From a virus (Duplodnaviria; Caudoviricetes): DNA of 64,000 nucleotides. Shown here piece by piece: positions 10,189-19,148 of this stretch. A program made the position numbers and the translations under genes. A model generated the notes under the pieces. It searched no databases, had not been told where the DNA came from, and worked only from the letters and a program-made list of their open reading frames with translations. The stretch lies in IMG/VR virus record IMGVR_UViG_3300013297_000004, positions 992-64,991 of that record. One strand, 5' to 3'. Within the stretch, counting starts at the first letter, position 1. Each line of letters begins with the position of its first letter.

Positions 10189-11600
10189 AGGGCGCTCTCC
10201 ATCTCCAACATCTTGAGCAGTTCGTCCTGCACAGTGATCTTCCTGCGCAATAGGTTGTAGATGTGGCGCTCGGACGCGGTGGCCTGCAGGTGCAGGAACA
10301 GCTGCTTGCTGGCTTGTCCTACGCGCCTGATACGCGCGTTCGCCTGATCGTAGATTTCTGTGGATGTAATCGGGCCATACCAGATGATCGTGTCTGCGGC
10401 GGTGAGCGTGATGCCGTGGCTGACACACTCGGGGTGGGCCTCGATGACACGCGGCTTCTCGCCAAACTGGAAGGCCCGGAAGATGCGGTCGCGCTCGGCC
10501 AGTGGCGTGTCACCACTTACCATCTCGTTGCTAACGTTCTCAGCGTCGAGCAGGTCCTTGATGCCTCGGAGCGCGTGCTTGAACGGCACGAATACCAGCA
10601 CCTTCTTCTCGGCCGCCATGATGGTGTCGAGCAGCGCCTTGTTGCGCGCCTCGTTGTCGAGATGCGCCACCTTGCCGCCGTCGAGATAGACCCAGCCCAG
10701 CGAGACCTGCAGCAGCTTGGACATGACCGCGCCCGCGTTGGCCGCCTTGATCTTGCCCTGCTGCAGCAGGGCGAAGCAGTCGCGCTTGACGGCGTTGTAG
10801 ATCGCCTGCTGCTTGTCGCCCATCTCGACGTCCATCACGCGGCTGATGAACGGCGGCAGCTCCATGACGTCGTCCAAGGTGAACCGCACGTTGGGCTGCA
10901 GGGCGGCGATGGCGGTCTCCTGAGAGCCCGGCCTCGGCGCGAACTTGAACTGGTTGATCCGGTACATCGTGGCGTCACGGAAGTTGCTGAAGTACTTCGG
11001 CACGGTGTGGGGAGTGATGATCTTGGCCTGCTGGAACACGTCGGTCGGCGCGTTCGGCGTCGGCGCGCCAGTCATGCCCCAGACGATGGGCTTGCGCTTG
11101 CACAGGTCCTCGGCGATGCGGGTCTTCTTCACCCGGTTGCGGTAGGTCGCCAGCTCGTCGATGCAGATCACGTCGATGTCGGGCCGCTTAGCGACCTCGT
11201 CGGCGATCACCCGCAGGCCGTCGTGGTTGATGACGTAGATGTCCTTGGGCTCGGCCAGCAGCTTGAGGCGCTTTTCCCGGTCGCCATGCAGCACGTTGAA
11301 CTTGTACATCGGCGTCGTCAGGAAAATCTCGTGCCCCCATGTGAAGCGCAACGTCGACAGCGGTGCAACGACCAACATGCGACGACAGGAATTTGATCGC
11401 CGCAAATAATCGAAGGCCCACAGCGCACATTTCGTCTTCCCAGTGCCCATAGAGTTTAGGACGTAGGCGCGGTGGTTCTCGGTCAGCATCTCGACCGTGC
11501 GCCGCTGGATGTCGAACGGCTTGCCGCCGCACCAGTCATAGCCCGCCTCGGCGATGTGCGGGTGGACGGGTATGCCCATGCCCCTCAGGCTTTGCAGCAT
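10185..11600 (-). CDS. SNF2-family (SF2) helicase
   Basis: MGTGKT Walker A, VVAPLS, INHDG, DELA, GMTGAP, HGITLTAA, QANARIRRVGQ motifs. Confidence 0.92.
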   Translation of the reverse strand: MLQSLRGMGIPVHPHIAEAGYDWCGGKPFDIQRRTVEMLTENHRAYVLNSMGTGKTKCALWAFDYLRRSNSCRRMLVVAPLSTLRFTWGHEIFLTTPMYKFNVLHGDREKRLKLLAEPKDIYVINHDGLRVIADEVAKRPDIDVICIDELATYRNRVKKTRIAEDLCKRKPIVWGMTGAPTPNAPTDVFQQAKIITPHTVPKYFSNFRDATMYRINQFKFAPRPGSQETAIAALQPNVRFTLDDVMELPPFISRVMDVEMGDKQQAIYNAVKRDCFALLQQGKIKAANAGAVMSKLLQVSLGWVYLDGGKVAHLDNEARNKALLDTIMAAEKKVLVFVPFKHALRGIKDLLDAENVSNEMVSGDTPLAERDRIFRAFQFGEKPRVIEAHPECVSHGITLTAADTIIWYGPITSTEIYDQANARIRRVGQASKQLFLHLQATASERHIYNLLRRKITVQDELLKMLEMESAL

Positions 11601-11914
11601 GTCAACACCCACCGCTGGAACGCATTGAGCCCTTCGGCTGTACTGATGATGAACACCTTGCCGCCGCCCGCCAGTATGTCCAGCGCACACTCGCGCTGGC
11701 GCGGCGTGAGGTTGACGTGGGGGTCGTCGGCCTTGGTCTCGATAGCGAAGTAGAAGCCCTCGATGCAGCCCTCGTAGTCGAGCCCAGACTTGCCGTAGCC
11801 GCCCGGCACCGGCATCCGGTAGTAGCAGCGCACCGGGCTGTCCTCGTCCGTCAGCACCTTGAGGAAGGCGGTGACGAGCCGCTTGATCTCGTACTCGTGG
11901 ACGACGTGGCGCAT
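11585..11914 (-). CDS. VRR-NUC domain nuclease (putative Holliday junction resolvase)
   Basis: GYGKSGLDYEGCIEGFYFAIETKA...LTPRQ...GGKVFII pattern. Confidence 0.85.
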   Translation of the reverse strand: MRHVVHEYEIKRLVTAFLKVLTDEDSPVRCYYRMPVPGGYGKSGLDYEGCIEGFYFAIETKADDPHVNLTPRQRECALDILAGGGKVFIISTAEGLNAFQRWVLTCCKA

Positions 11915-12633
11915 CAGTAGGACCCCTTGCCGAAGTACGGGCAGCTGCTGACCGGGCAGTGGTGCTTGCACAGGCCAGAGGGGTTGGGGGGATACTCGCT
12001 GGTCAGCGCCGCCTGTCGCATCGCAGTTACGCGCGGGGCGTAACGAGCCCACAGGTACGGCATCTCGTTGCGGCTGAACAGCTCCTCGGTCTTGAGGTCT
12101 TCCTTCAGCCAGACGAACTGACAGAGCGCATGCGTCGCCTCGGGGTAGTGGGCGAACGCGGTGGCGGCGGTGAGCAGCAGCTGGTCGCTGCCCTCTTTGA
12201 ACTTGCCGGTCTTCCAGTCGATGATCCTGATGTACGGCAGCCTGATCTTGATCACGTCGGCGACGGTGCGGAACCACGGCTGTAACTTTTTGTCGAAGTA
12301 TTCACAGGGTTGCAGCTGATTGGTAACAGCCATCTTATGCTCGCAGCGGGTGACGACCTGCGTGCGGTCGGAGTTCTCCATCGCCCACTCGGCCCACTTC
12401 TCCCACTGCTTCATGCCCTCCGGCAGCGCCTTCAGCTTGCAGATGCGGTCGGCCAGAGCGGCATGAACCTTGAAGCCCCAGTCGCGATCCGGCCCGCCCT
12501 TGTCGACGAAGTCTTTCTTGATCGTGGAGTGGTAGAACTTCTTGGCGCAGGTCTCAAAGTTGTCGAGCGCGCTGAACGACCACGAGAATGGCTTGGCGAC
12601 GGCCTTGCCGTCGAAGGTGGTGGTGACGCTCAT
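11914..12633 (-). CDS. PD-(D/E)XK exonuclease (RecB/Cas4-like)
   Basis: WSFSALDNFETC, VHAAL, ADVI..IIDWKTGK, QL, C-terminal LCKHHCPVSSC Cys cluster. Confidence 0.88.
   Translation of the reverse strand: MSVTTTFDGKAVAKPFSWSFSALDNFETCAKKFYHSTIKKDFVDKGGPDRDWGFKVHAALADRICKLKALPEGMKQWEKWAEWAMENSDRTQVVTRCEHKMAVTNQLQPCEYFDKKLQPWFRTVADVIKIRLPYIRIIDWKTGKFKEGSDQLLLTAATAFAHYPEATHALCQFVWLKEDLKTEELFSRNEMPYLWARYAPRVTAMRQAALTSEYPPNPSGLCKHHCPVSSCPYFGKGSY
12027..12043. repeat. 17-bp palindrome copy inside exonuclease
   Basis: TTACGCGCGGGGCGTAA. Confidence 0.9.
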
Positions 12634-12806
12634 GGCTCGCTCGGTTGGATCACTTGTTCGCTGCCGTCCTCGAAGATGATGATGCGCTTGCACATACTGC
12701 AGCCCTTCCTCTGCTCCAGTATCGCCTCGGTGTCCTGCAGCAGACAGGCCGGAGGACCTTGGCAGACCCAGATAACATAGTCCTCCGGTATAAAATTGCG
12801 ATCCAT

Positions 12807-12835
12807 AATCTACCATCCTGTGGGGATAGTGTCAA
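12807..12835 (-). promoter_or_regulatory. sigma70-like promoter driving nuclease/helicase/primase genes
   Basis: Minus strand TTGACA-N17-TAGATT. Confidence 0.55.
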
Positions 12836-13287
12836 GTGGAAACTGTCGTCGCCTGTCCGTCCGGCCCGATGTACATCGCCTCCTGCCGCATCTCCGGGCC
12901 TTGGCTGATGTGGACCCACTGGTTGCCGTACTGATCTTCTTCCATGATCAGCTGGTCGAACGACAACGGCGGGTCGATCAGCAGGATGGCGTCGAAGACC
13001 TCTTTGGCGCTGCCGAAGTCGTAGGCGCAAATGTCGGCCGCCTGTCCGTACTGGTGCTGGCTGTCCGGCACGCCGCCGATAATAGCGTTCAGCTCGGGGC
13101 AGCGATAGCCGCTCGATACACTGATCGGCACGTCGCCCAGCGCCGCGCGGATCGTCTCCAGCATCCAGCAGGTGGTGGTGAGTTCGGCAGTTACGGTCGC
13201 GTCTGGTGTATTGTTGATGCCCGCGAGACAGGCGGTGTCGCTGAAGATCATCTCCTCCAGCGTGAAGTTCGGCGTGAGGTTTTGCAT
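12832..13287 (-). CDS. peptidase M15A (D-Ala-D-Ala metallopeptidase fold), probable endolysin
   Basis: LTPNFTLEEM, LETIR, SSGYRCPELNAIIGG...SQHQYGQAADI, FDQLIME, WVHIS. Confidence 0.9.
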   Translation of the reverse strand: MQNLTPNFTLEEMIFSDTACLAGINNTPDATVTAELTTTCWMLETIRAALGDVPISVSSGYRCPELNAIIGGVPDSQHQYGQAADICAYDFGSAKEVFDAILLIDPPLSFDQLIMEEDQYGNQWVHISQGPEMRQEAMYIGPDGQATTVST

Positions 13288-13300
13288 GATGGCTCCCTAG

Positions 13301-13317
13301 TTACGCCCCGGGCGTAA
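13301..13317. repeat. 17-bp palindrome copy (perfect) between terminator and endolysin RBS
   Basis: TTACGCCCCGGGCGTAA. Confidence 0.95.
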
Positions 13318-13353
13318 AAATCCCCCGACGACTGGGGAAGAAGTCGTCGGGGG
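13316..13353 (-). terminator. intrinsic terminator after PolA/Zn-finger genes
   Basis: 12-bp stem CCCCCGACGACT/AGTCGTCGGGGG followed on minus strand by ATTTTT, running straight into the palindrome copy at 13301. Confidence 0.7.
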
Positions 13354-13356
13354 TCG

Positions 13357-13587
13357 TCATGGGTCACTCGCTTGGCCGAGTGGTCCCCCTCTGAGATAGC
13401 CGGTCAACCCGAAGGCACACGGCGGGCATAGATGCTGCGCCGGATTGGACGGATCGTTCCCGACTACCAAGACAACCCACCCTTCGGGCGGGGCGTTGCG
13501 TTGGTGTACCGGCGAATTGGCGACCGGCAGATAGGCTTCGTCGCCGCAGCGGTCGCACTTGAAGTGGTGTTTGGGTTCCATCGTCAC
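13357..13587 (-). CDS. small Zn-finger protein
   Basis: CDRC...PEGW...HLCPPC; coupled to PolA stop. Confidence 0.7.
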   Translation of the reverse strand: MTMEPKHHFKCDRCGDEAYLPVANSPVHQRNAPPEGWVVLVVGNDPSNPAQHLCPPCAFGLTGYLRGGPLGQASDP

Positions 13588-15488
13588 TTGGCATCTCCGT
13601 AGCGGTCGACGCCGTCGCTGATGGATGTGTCGAGCGGTACGTTCGGCATCCAGTCAGGCGAGCGACGCATCTCGGCGGCGATCAGGGGCTTGACGATCTC
13701 AACGTACTGGTTGGGGACGACGTATACTAGCTCGTCGTGGGTAGTGTGTGTCAAGCGGCAACTGTATTCTTCGAGCGGCTTCTTGAGGCGCACCGCGACC
13801 GTCATCGTGCTGCAGCGCGCGAGGAACTGGATGATGTTCTCAAGCCACTTGCCGCCGTACAGCTTGGTGGTGACGCCACCATAGTCGAACACCCACTGAC
13901 CCTCGTCGTAGCGCAGGTTGTGGTAGTACAGGCAGAGCCCGGTCGGCCCGACGATGCGGCCCTTCTCGAACCGGATCGGGCCATACTCGAAGGTGCCGCC
14001 GGAACCGGCGATGATGCCGAACTGGCGCGGCAGCCAGTACCACATCGCAGCGATGCGGTCGTAGCGGCGACGGAAGCCCTGCACCACGCGCTCGCTCTCG
14101 AAGTCATCGAGCCACACGGGCTCGCCGCCCGCCTTGAAACTCTCGACCCAGACGCTCTGCTGGAACCGGGGAGCGGCGGCTTGGTAGCCCAGCTGCAGCA
14201 CGCCGATCTTGCCGATGAAGCGGATTACGCCGATGTCGTCGGCGAAGTTCTGGTAGACGTCGTCGCCTCGGGCGAACTCGTCGAGCAGGTTCTGCTGGCC
14301 GCAGAACCCGGCGTTCATGCGGCACTCGATCTGACGGGCGTCGGCGACGATCAGCTTGTGGTCCGGTGGAGCCATGATGGCGCGGCGGATCGGCGACGTG
14401 CGCCCCCAGTTCTGGCAGTTCAGCTTCCAGCCACCGCCCAGCCGGTGGGTATGCGCCGCACCGACGATCAGCGGGATCGGCATAACCTGAGAGCCGCCAT
14501 GATGCGGGAAGTCGAGGCCGCCGATGTTGATCATGCGCTGGGTGCGGGTCTCCTCGATGGTCGACTTGAAGCCCAGCCGGGCCTCGACAATGGCAACGAC
14601 GCGCGGGTCGTCGTGGTCGAGCAGGGCGAGGAATTCGGGATCGGTACGGGAGAAGGCATGGGTCATGAGCCCAGTGGTCTTGCTCAGCTTCATCGGCGGC
14701 TCGACGCCGTAGTTGTTCAGCAGGTCGGCGAACTGAGGGTTGCTCATAAGCTGGGACTTGTCTTCGAGCCCAGCAAACATCGCGTGCATGAACAGCTTCT
14801 GCTTGCTCCACTGGACCTCGCCCAGATGCTCGTGCAGCAGATCGGTATCGAGCCTGAGCGTGGGCTCGATGGCACAGCGTGCGATGATGTCGTGCAGGAT
14901 CAATTCCTCGGGCGGCAGCAGGGGAAGCAGGTGGAGGAAGATCGCGCGGCAGATGGCGGTGTCCTGCAGGCAGTAGGCTGCCTCGTCGTCCCACAGGCCA
15001 TTGGCGATGATGTCGGCGCGGGTCATGCCCTTGACCGTCTGCACCATGGTGCCCTTCCGCAGGCCGAGGTACTGGGCGATGGTGCCGAGATCGACGCGCT
15101 TGAGGATGTGGGCCAGCAGGGTGCGGGCCATGGCCAGCGTGTCGACGATCAGCTTGGGCACATAGTCGTAGCGCCAAGACAGGATGGCCATGTCGAACAG
15201 CGCGTTGTGCGACACCATGGCGACGTTGTCGGGCAGGTTGTCGAGGAAGTCGGGGATGTCCGGTCCGTCGATCAGGAAGGGCGTATCGGTGAAGCCCTTG
15301 GCGACGCCGAGGCAGATCGCCTCAAAGCGTGGGTCCAGTATGTAACTGGGAGGATCGAGGGAGCGGAGGGTGTAGTCGCTACTGTAAAAAGTTTCAAAGT
15401 CGACGAACCAGAATTCAAGGTCGTCGTTACGCGCAGGGCGTAAGTCGGGCATGGTCCCCATGGATGAAGTGTATGCCGGGGGGACCAT
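13584..15488 (-). CDS. polA: family A DNA polymerase with 3'-5' exonuclease
   Basis: DFET and HNALFD exonuclease motifs; motif A ADARQIECR, motif B RFIGKIGVLQLGY, motif C THDELV. Confidence 0.92.
   Translation of the reverse strand: MVPPAYTSSMGTMPDLRPARNDDLEFWFVDFETFYSSDYTLRSLDPPSYILDPRFEAICLGVAKGFTDTPFLIDGPDIPDFLDNLPDNVAMVSHNALFDMAILSWRYDYVPKLIVDTLAMARTLLAHILKRVDLGTIAQYLGLRKGTMVQTVKGMTRADIIANGLWDDEAAYCLQDTAICRAIFLHLLPLLPPEELILHDIIARCAIEPTLRLDTDLLHEHLGEVQWSKQKLFMHAMFAGLEDKSQLMSNPQFADLLNNYGVEPPMKLSKTTGLMTHAFSRTDPEFLALLDHDDPRVVAIVEARLGFKSTIEETRTQRMINIGGLDFPHHGGSQVMPIPLIVGAAHTHRLGGGWKLNCQNWGRTSPIRRAIMAPPDHKLIVADARQIECRMNAGFCGQQNLLDEFARGDDVYQNFADDIGVIRFIGKIGVLQLGYQAAAPRFQQSVWVESFKAGGEPVWLDDFESERVVQGFRRRYDRIAAMWYWLPRQFGIIAGSGGTFEYGPIRFEKGRIVGPTGLCLYYHNLRYDEGQWVFDYGGVTTKLYGGKWLENIIQFLARCSTMTVAVRLKKPLEEYSCRLTHTTHDELVYVVPNQYVEIVKPLIAAEMRRSPDWMPNVPLDTSISDGVDRYGDAK
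15427..15443. repeat. 17-bp palindrome copy in 5' end of polA
   Basis: TTACGCGCAGGGCGTAA. Confidence 0.85.
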
Positions 15489-15497
15489 GCGTCAACC

Positions 15498-16226
15498 TTA
15501 CGAACGGAAGTGGTGTTGAAGATTGTATTCAACCGGCAGCTTATTGTCCGGTATCGGCACGTCAGCGATCAGCTGATGCGCGGCAACCGTCTGGTTGGTC
15601 GGAGCCAGCAGCTTCCGCAGCCCTTGCGTCAGCTTCACATTGAAGGCCGCCATTCTATTGGGCGTTTGTAGCGCGTCGGCAAGATCACTTTGCTTGGCAT
15701 CGCGCAGGAGCGGCACGATGCACGGCCAGTAGTAGGCCAGCTGATCGAGCGAGCGGCACTGGACATTCATCTGATCCAGCACCACCCGCACGGCAGCGAA
15801 GCGATAGTGGATGCCGATCAGATCGTCCGCCACCTGCTCGAACTTTGCTTTCAGTTCTGCCGGGGTGTCGGGTCGAACCACTACGGGGCGGCTTTGCGTC
15901 GAGCCTTCCTTGTACGGCACATAGAAGGCGTCGGGCGTTGTAACGCCAGCCCACAGGAAGCGCATGAATACGTCGCCCCCACCGTACTCACTTGGCACTG
16001 GGTGCTTAACATACAGTTCCTCCACACGGCCGGTTGGCTCGCACAAGTGATAGGCTTCGGTCAGCGTGGTGTGATACGCCGGGTCGACGAACATGACCAG
16101 CAGGTCGCTGATCGTGAAGGGTTGCTTGGCCAAGGTCGCTTGGTGATGCTCCATCCGGTTGATGGCTACATCGAGCGATGGCTTGATCCGTTTCGATATA
16201 ACTCGCTGGGGCTTATTTAGCGCCAT
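15498..16226 (-). CDS. hypothetical protein
   Basis: 242-aa ORF with GGAGG SD, preceded by a palindrome copy and a promoter. Confidence 0.7.
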   Translation of the reverse strand: MALNKPQRVISKRIKPSLDVAINRMEHHQATLAKQPFTISDLLVMFVDPAYHTTLTEAYHLCEPTGRVEELYVKHPVPSEYGGGDVFMRFLWAGVTTPDAFYVPYKEGSTQSRPVVVRPDTPAELKAKFEQVADDLIGIHYRFAAVRVVLDQMNVQCRSLDQLAYYWPCIVPLLRDAKQSDLADALQTPNRMAAFNVKLTQGLRKLLAPTNQTVAAHQLIADVPIPDNKLPVEYNLQHHFRS

Positions 16227-16237
16227 CGGTCCTCCAG

Positions 16238-16254
16238 TTACGCCCGGGGCGTAA
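16238..16254. repeat. 17-bp palindrome copy (perfect) at promoter start site
   Basis: TTACGCCCGGGGCGTAA. Confidence 0.95.
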
Positions 16255-16259
16255 GTTTA

Positions 16260-16288
16260 CAATTACCATATCCTCACCACCGTGTCAA
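16260..16288 (-). promoter_or_regulatory. sigma70-like promoter upstream of the PolA operon
   Basis: Minus strand TTGACA (16288-16283)-N17-TAATTG (16265-16260); palindrome copy begins 5 bp downstream. Confidence 0.6.
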
Positions 16289-16292
16289 GGGC

Positions 16293-16577
16293 TTATCGCG
16301 TGCCCAGCATGAAGTCGTGCGCCCATGTCTGGGTGTAGCTGCAGAACGGGCATATCCAGCCGCGCGTCGTCGGCACGAGGACGCCCTTGTCGCCTGCCAT
16401 CTCGGGATGGTCGCCCCGGTTGGCGCAGGTGAACGGGTGCATCTGCACCGGCAGGTGCTTGTTCTCCTCGGTGGCTTCCTCGAACGGGCCGCGCCACGGC
16501 CCGAACTGCCAGCGCCATAGCGCGACGACCTGCTCGGGCGTGAAGACGTAGTTGTCGTTTGGCATGTGGTCCCTCAT
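16293..16577 (-). CDS. small Zn-ribbon protein
   Basis: HPFTCAN...GVLVPTTRGWICPFCSYTQTWAH; recurrent small phage protein pattern. Confidence 0.6.
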   Translation of the reverse strand: MRDHMPNDNYVFTPEQVVALWRWQFGPWRGPFEEATEENKHLPVQMHPFTCANRGDHPEMAGDKGVLVPTTRGWICPFCSYTQTWAHDFMLGTR

Positions 16578-16807
16578 GTTTTCGCATCGTTGTAGAGCGG
16601 TATCGTGTAGCCGAAGAACTCCCATTTGCGCGTGTCCTCTCCATTATCGTAGTTCTTGCCGAACACCGGCTCCCATTCCGACATGGTCCAACGGGTGAAG
16701 CCCGTTGCGACCCACGGGTTGATGGGGTCGTTCCTGTTGTAGTACAGGCCGAACGACGAGGGGTGAGCCAGCCGCACATAGGCGGCGTTCGCCCGGCTCA
16801 CCGGCAT
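16574..16807 (-). CDS. hypothetical protein
   Basis: Fills gap between vWA gene and next ORF, coupled stop/start. Confidence 0.45.
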   Translation of the reverse strand: MPVSRANAAYVRLAHPSSFGLYYNRNDPINPWVATGFTRWTMSEWEPVFGKNYDNGEDTRKWEFFGYTIPLYNDAKT

Positions 16808-16817
16808 CGGTGCCTTC

Positions 16818-18122
16818 TCAATCGTCCGTGGGGACATGGACGATGGAGCCGAAGGGGTACTTTTGCGGCGCGCCACTGATGTCTCCCCAGATCACAGGGT
16901 AATCGGGTTCGTGCTTGGGGAACCTACCATCGCCATCGGTCAGGTACAGCAGCACATCGGGGTGCAGGTCGTTGTCCTCGATGTACTTGAACACCGGCAT
17001 GAAGTCGGTGCCGCCGCCCCCCGGGATGCCGTCGTAGATCATCTTACGCACGTCCTGCACGTCGTGGCAGACGTCGACCCGCTTGACCTCGGTATCGCAC
17101 CACACGACGTGTGTCTCCTCGGGCTGCACGTCCTCGATCATGCCTGCGATCTCGCCGATCCAGCGATGCACCCGGTCGGCGCTCTGGAACACCGACATCG
17201 ACGTATCCCCGCCGATGATCACCAGCCCCGCCCCGTGGCCGGACATGCCGGGCGAGCCGATGCCGCGCGTGATCATGCGCCTGTCGAGCCTGCGGAAGTC
17301 GTAGGCCCCCGAACCCATGATGCGGGTGATGTGCCCGCGAACGTGGTCGGTCCAGTCGACCACGGGGTTGAGGATGCTGTCGAAGAAGCGTTGCAGCGCG
17401 GCAGGCATCTTGCCCTGTGCGCGCTGTATCTCGGCAGCTTGGTTCAGCACGATCTCCCATGCCCCGTCGTTGCGCTGCGGGATGTTCTGCGGGTCCTCGC
17501 CCGTGCTTTGGTGCGGGTCGAGATGGATGTCGAACTGGCCCTCGTAGACCCCGTTCTCCAGCTTGATGTTGATGAACACCCTCGTCATCTTCGAGAACTC
17601 GCGGAAGTACGCCTCGATCCACGTCGTGTTCTCGTCGGCGACGGCGACGTTGAGCAGCCAGTCCTTGTTGAACTTGCCCAGCTTAGACGCCACGAGGATC
17701 GCGTTGATGACGTAGTCCTGCATGATGTTGGCGAACATGTGGTTGTACGGCAGCGACTTGCTGCCGACCGTGATCTTGCCCTGTCGCAGGAAAGTATGCC
17801 CCATGCGGACGTGGTTCAGCGCCTCGTGCATGACCTCGTGCAGCACGATGAAGCAGCGTTCCATCAGGTCGTACTTGAAGAACCGCTTCGGATTGAAGAT
17901 CAGTTGCCAGCCATCGGTCGCCGCCGTGTGCTGGTCCATCGGGTGGTCGAGGGTGAACAAGGCGACGTCATCGTCGCCCGTGTTGTGCAGCATGGTGTAG
18001 ATGATGTGGACGAAGCCCGGCGCTATCCAGCTGAGCGCCGCCAGCGTGTCCTGCCATAGGCGACGCTGCGAGGGATCGAGCGCCGCCCGCTTCAACGGGC
18101 CTCTCTGTCCGGTCGTCGTCAT
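16818..18122 (-). CDS. DUF2201-type metallopeptidase + vWA domain protein
   Basis: TAATDG, LHEVMHEALNH (HExxH), NIMQDYVIN; vWA MIDAS-like DTSMS, GGGGTDF, LTDGDG. Confidence 0.88.
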   Translation of the reverse strand: MTTTGQRGPLKRAALDPSQRRLWQDTLAALSWIAPGFVHIIYTMLHNTGDDDVALFTLDHPMDQHTAATDGWQLIFNPKRFFKYDLMERCFIVLHEVMHEALNHVRMGHTFLRQGKITVGSKSLPYNHMFANIMQDYVINAILVASKLGKFNKDWLLNVAVADENTTWIEAYFREFSKMTRVFINIKLENGVYEGQFDIHLDPHQSTGEDPQNIPQRNDGAWEIVLNQAAEIQRAQGKMPAALQRFFDSILNPVVDWTDHVRGHITRIMGSGAYDFRRLDRRMITRGIGSPGMSGHGAGLVIIGGDTSMSVFQSADRVHRWIGEIAGMIEDVQPEETHVVWCDTEVKRVDVCHDVQDVRKMIYDGIPGGGGTDFMPVFKYIEDNDLHPDVLLYLTDGDGRFPKHEPDYPVIWGDISGAPQKYPFGSIVHVPTDD

Positions 18123-18400
18123 TGCTTGGTCTCCTTCGGATGGTGAGGGCGGATACGCGCGATCACGAGCTGCGCAAGGATGATCTTGCGACGTTTCTCG
18201 GGGCTCAATTGCGCTTCCTCGACAGTGATCAAGCTGACGGTCATGTCGTCGTTGAACACCAGCAGCTGGCCGCACTCGATGCACAAGGTGCAGTCGCCCG
18301 GCCGGGGATTGCCCTTGCCGGTTAGGTTGCTCGCATGGGTGAACGTGTGGCCACACTTGAGACAAAAGCAGGTTGGGATGTTGAAAACGTCATCTTTCAT
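18119..18400 (-). CDS. small Cys-rich protein
   Basis: CLKCG...PRPGDCTLCIECG; GAGGAGG SD. Confidence 0.65.
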   Translation of the reverse strand: MKDDVFNIPTCFCLKCGHTFTHASNLTGKGNPRPGDCTLCIECGQLLVFNDDMTVSLITVEEAQLSPEKRRKIILAQLVIARIRPHHPKETKQ

Positions 18401-18801
18401 TTCATCCTCCTCTTGCGCTTGCGGATCAGTCGTTCGATTACGCCCCGGGCGGAACTCCCGGGTTTTCGGATTTCACGCTTGCCGTGCTTGCACGCCGCCG
18501 TGCCGCTGGCGAACAGCGGCACCGGGCTTTCGTACTCGAACACGGACGGCGCGATCTTGTGGTGGTGCAACCTGAGAGCCAGCGAGTTGGCGGCATGGCA
18601 GCCGACCCACCCGGCGCATAATTGGCCGTCGTTCTGGTGGCAGAAGAACAACGCGGTCGCTCCTTTGAGCGCCTGATGGATGATCTGCCCGTCGTAGTCG
18701 GGCAGCTTGTCGTACTCGTTGGCGGCCCACACGCCGCTCGGCACGTCCTTGCGATAAGGGCAGGACCTGCAGGGTGCCTTCGCGCAGGTATACTTGATCA
18801 T
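18397..18801 (-). CDS. DUF6283-like protein
   Basis: PCRSCPYRKDVPSGVW..EYDKLPDYD...FFCHQ...LCAGW...SPVPLFASG. Confidence 0.7.
   Translation of the reverse strand: MIKYTCAKAPCRSCPYRKDVPSGVWAANEYDKLPDYDGQIIHQALKGATALFFCHQNDGQLCAGWVGCHAANSLALRLHHHKIAPSVFEYESPVPLFASGTAACKHGKREIRKPGSSARGVIERLIRKRKRRMK
18438..18454. repeat. 17-bp palindrome copy inside DUF6283-like gene
   Basis: TTACGCCCCGGGCGGAA. Confidence 0.9.
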
Positions 18802-18902
18802 GTTGGCGACTTGAACAGACCGGCCCAGCCCATCGCCAAGAGCAGGACCATCCAGCCGACGAACATCATCAGGTAGCCGAACATTTCCTTGAGCAGTTTC
18901 AT

Positions 18903-19148
18903 CTAACCATCCTTCAGCTTGGGGTCGATGTGGGTCTCGGTGTTGGGGCCGATGAAGGGCTTCATCATCTCCTGCATCGCCTGCTCGGTCGGCGCGACGA
19001 AGATCATGATCTCGCCCTCGATGCCGAGGAAGTCGGCGCTGGTCACGATGGGCTTGCCCTCCATCAGCTTGCCGATGTTGCCGTGACTGAGGCCGATGAT
19101 GCCGACCATCTTGCCGGTCTCCTTCGATGCCGCCGATGCCTTCATCAT
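18903..19148 (-). CDS. hypothetical protein
   Basis: ORF with AGGAG SD in the leftward operon. Confidence 0.6.
   Translation of the reverse strand: MMKASAASKETGKMVGIIGLSHGNIGKLMEGKPIVTSADFLGIEGEIMIFVAPTEQAMQEMMKPFIGPNTETHIDPKLKDG

Noticed and set aside
12630-12806. Small ORF between endolysin and exonuclease
   Set aside because: Two competing frames (58-aa MDRNFIP... vs an SD-led 42-aa ORF), and the first overlaps a predicted promoter, so I cannot choose between them.
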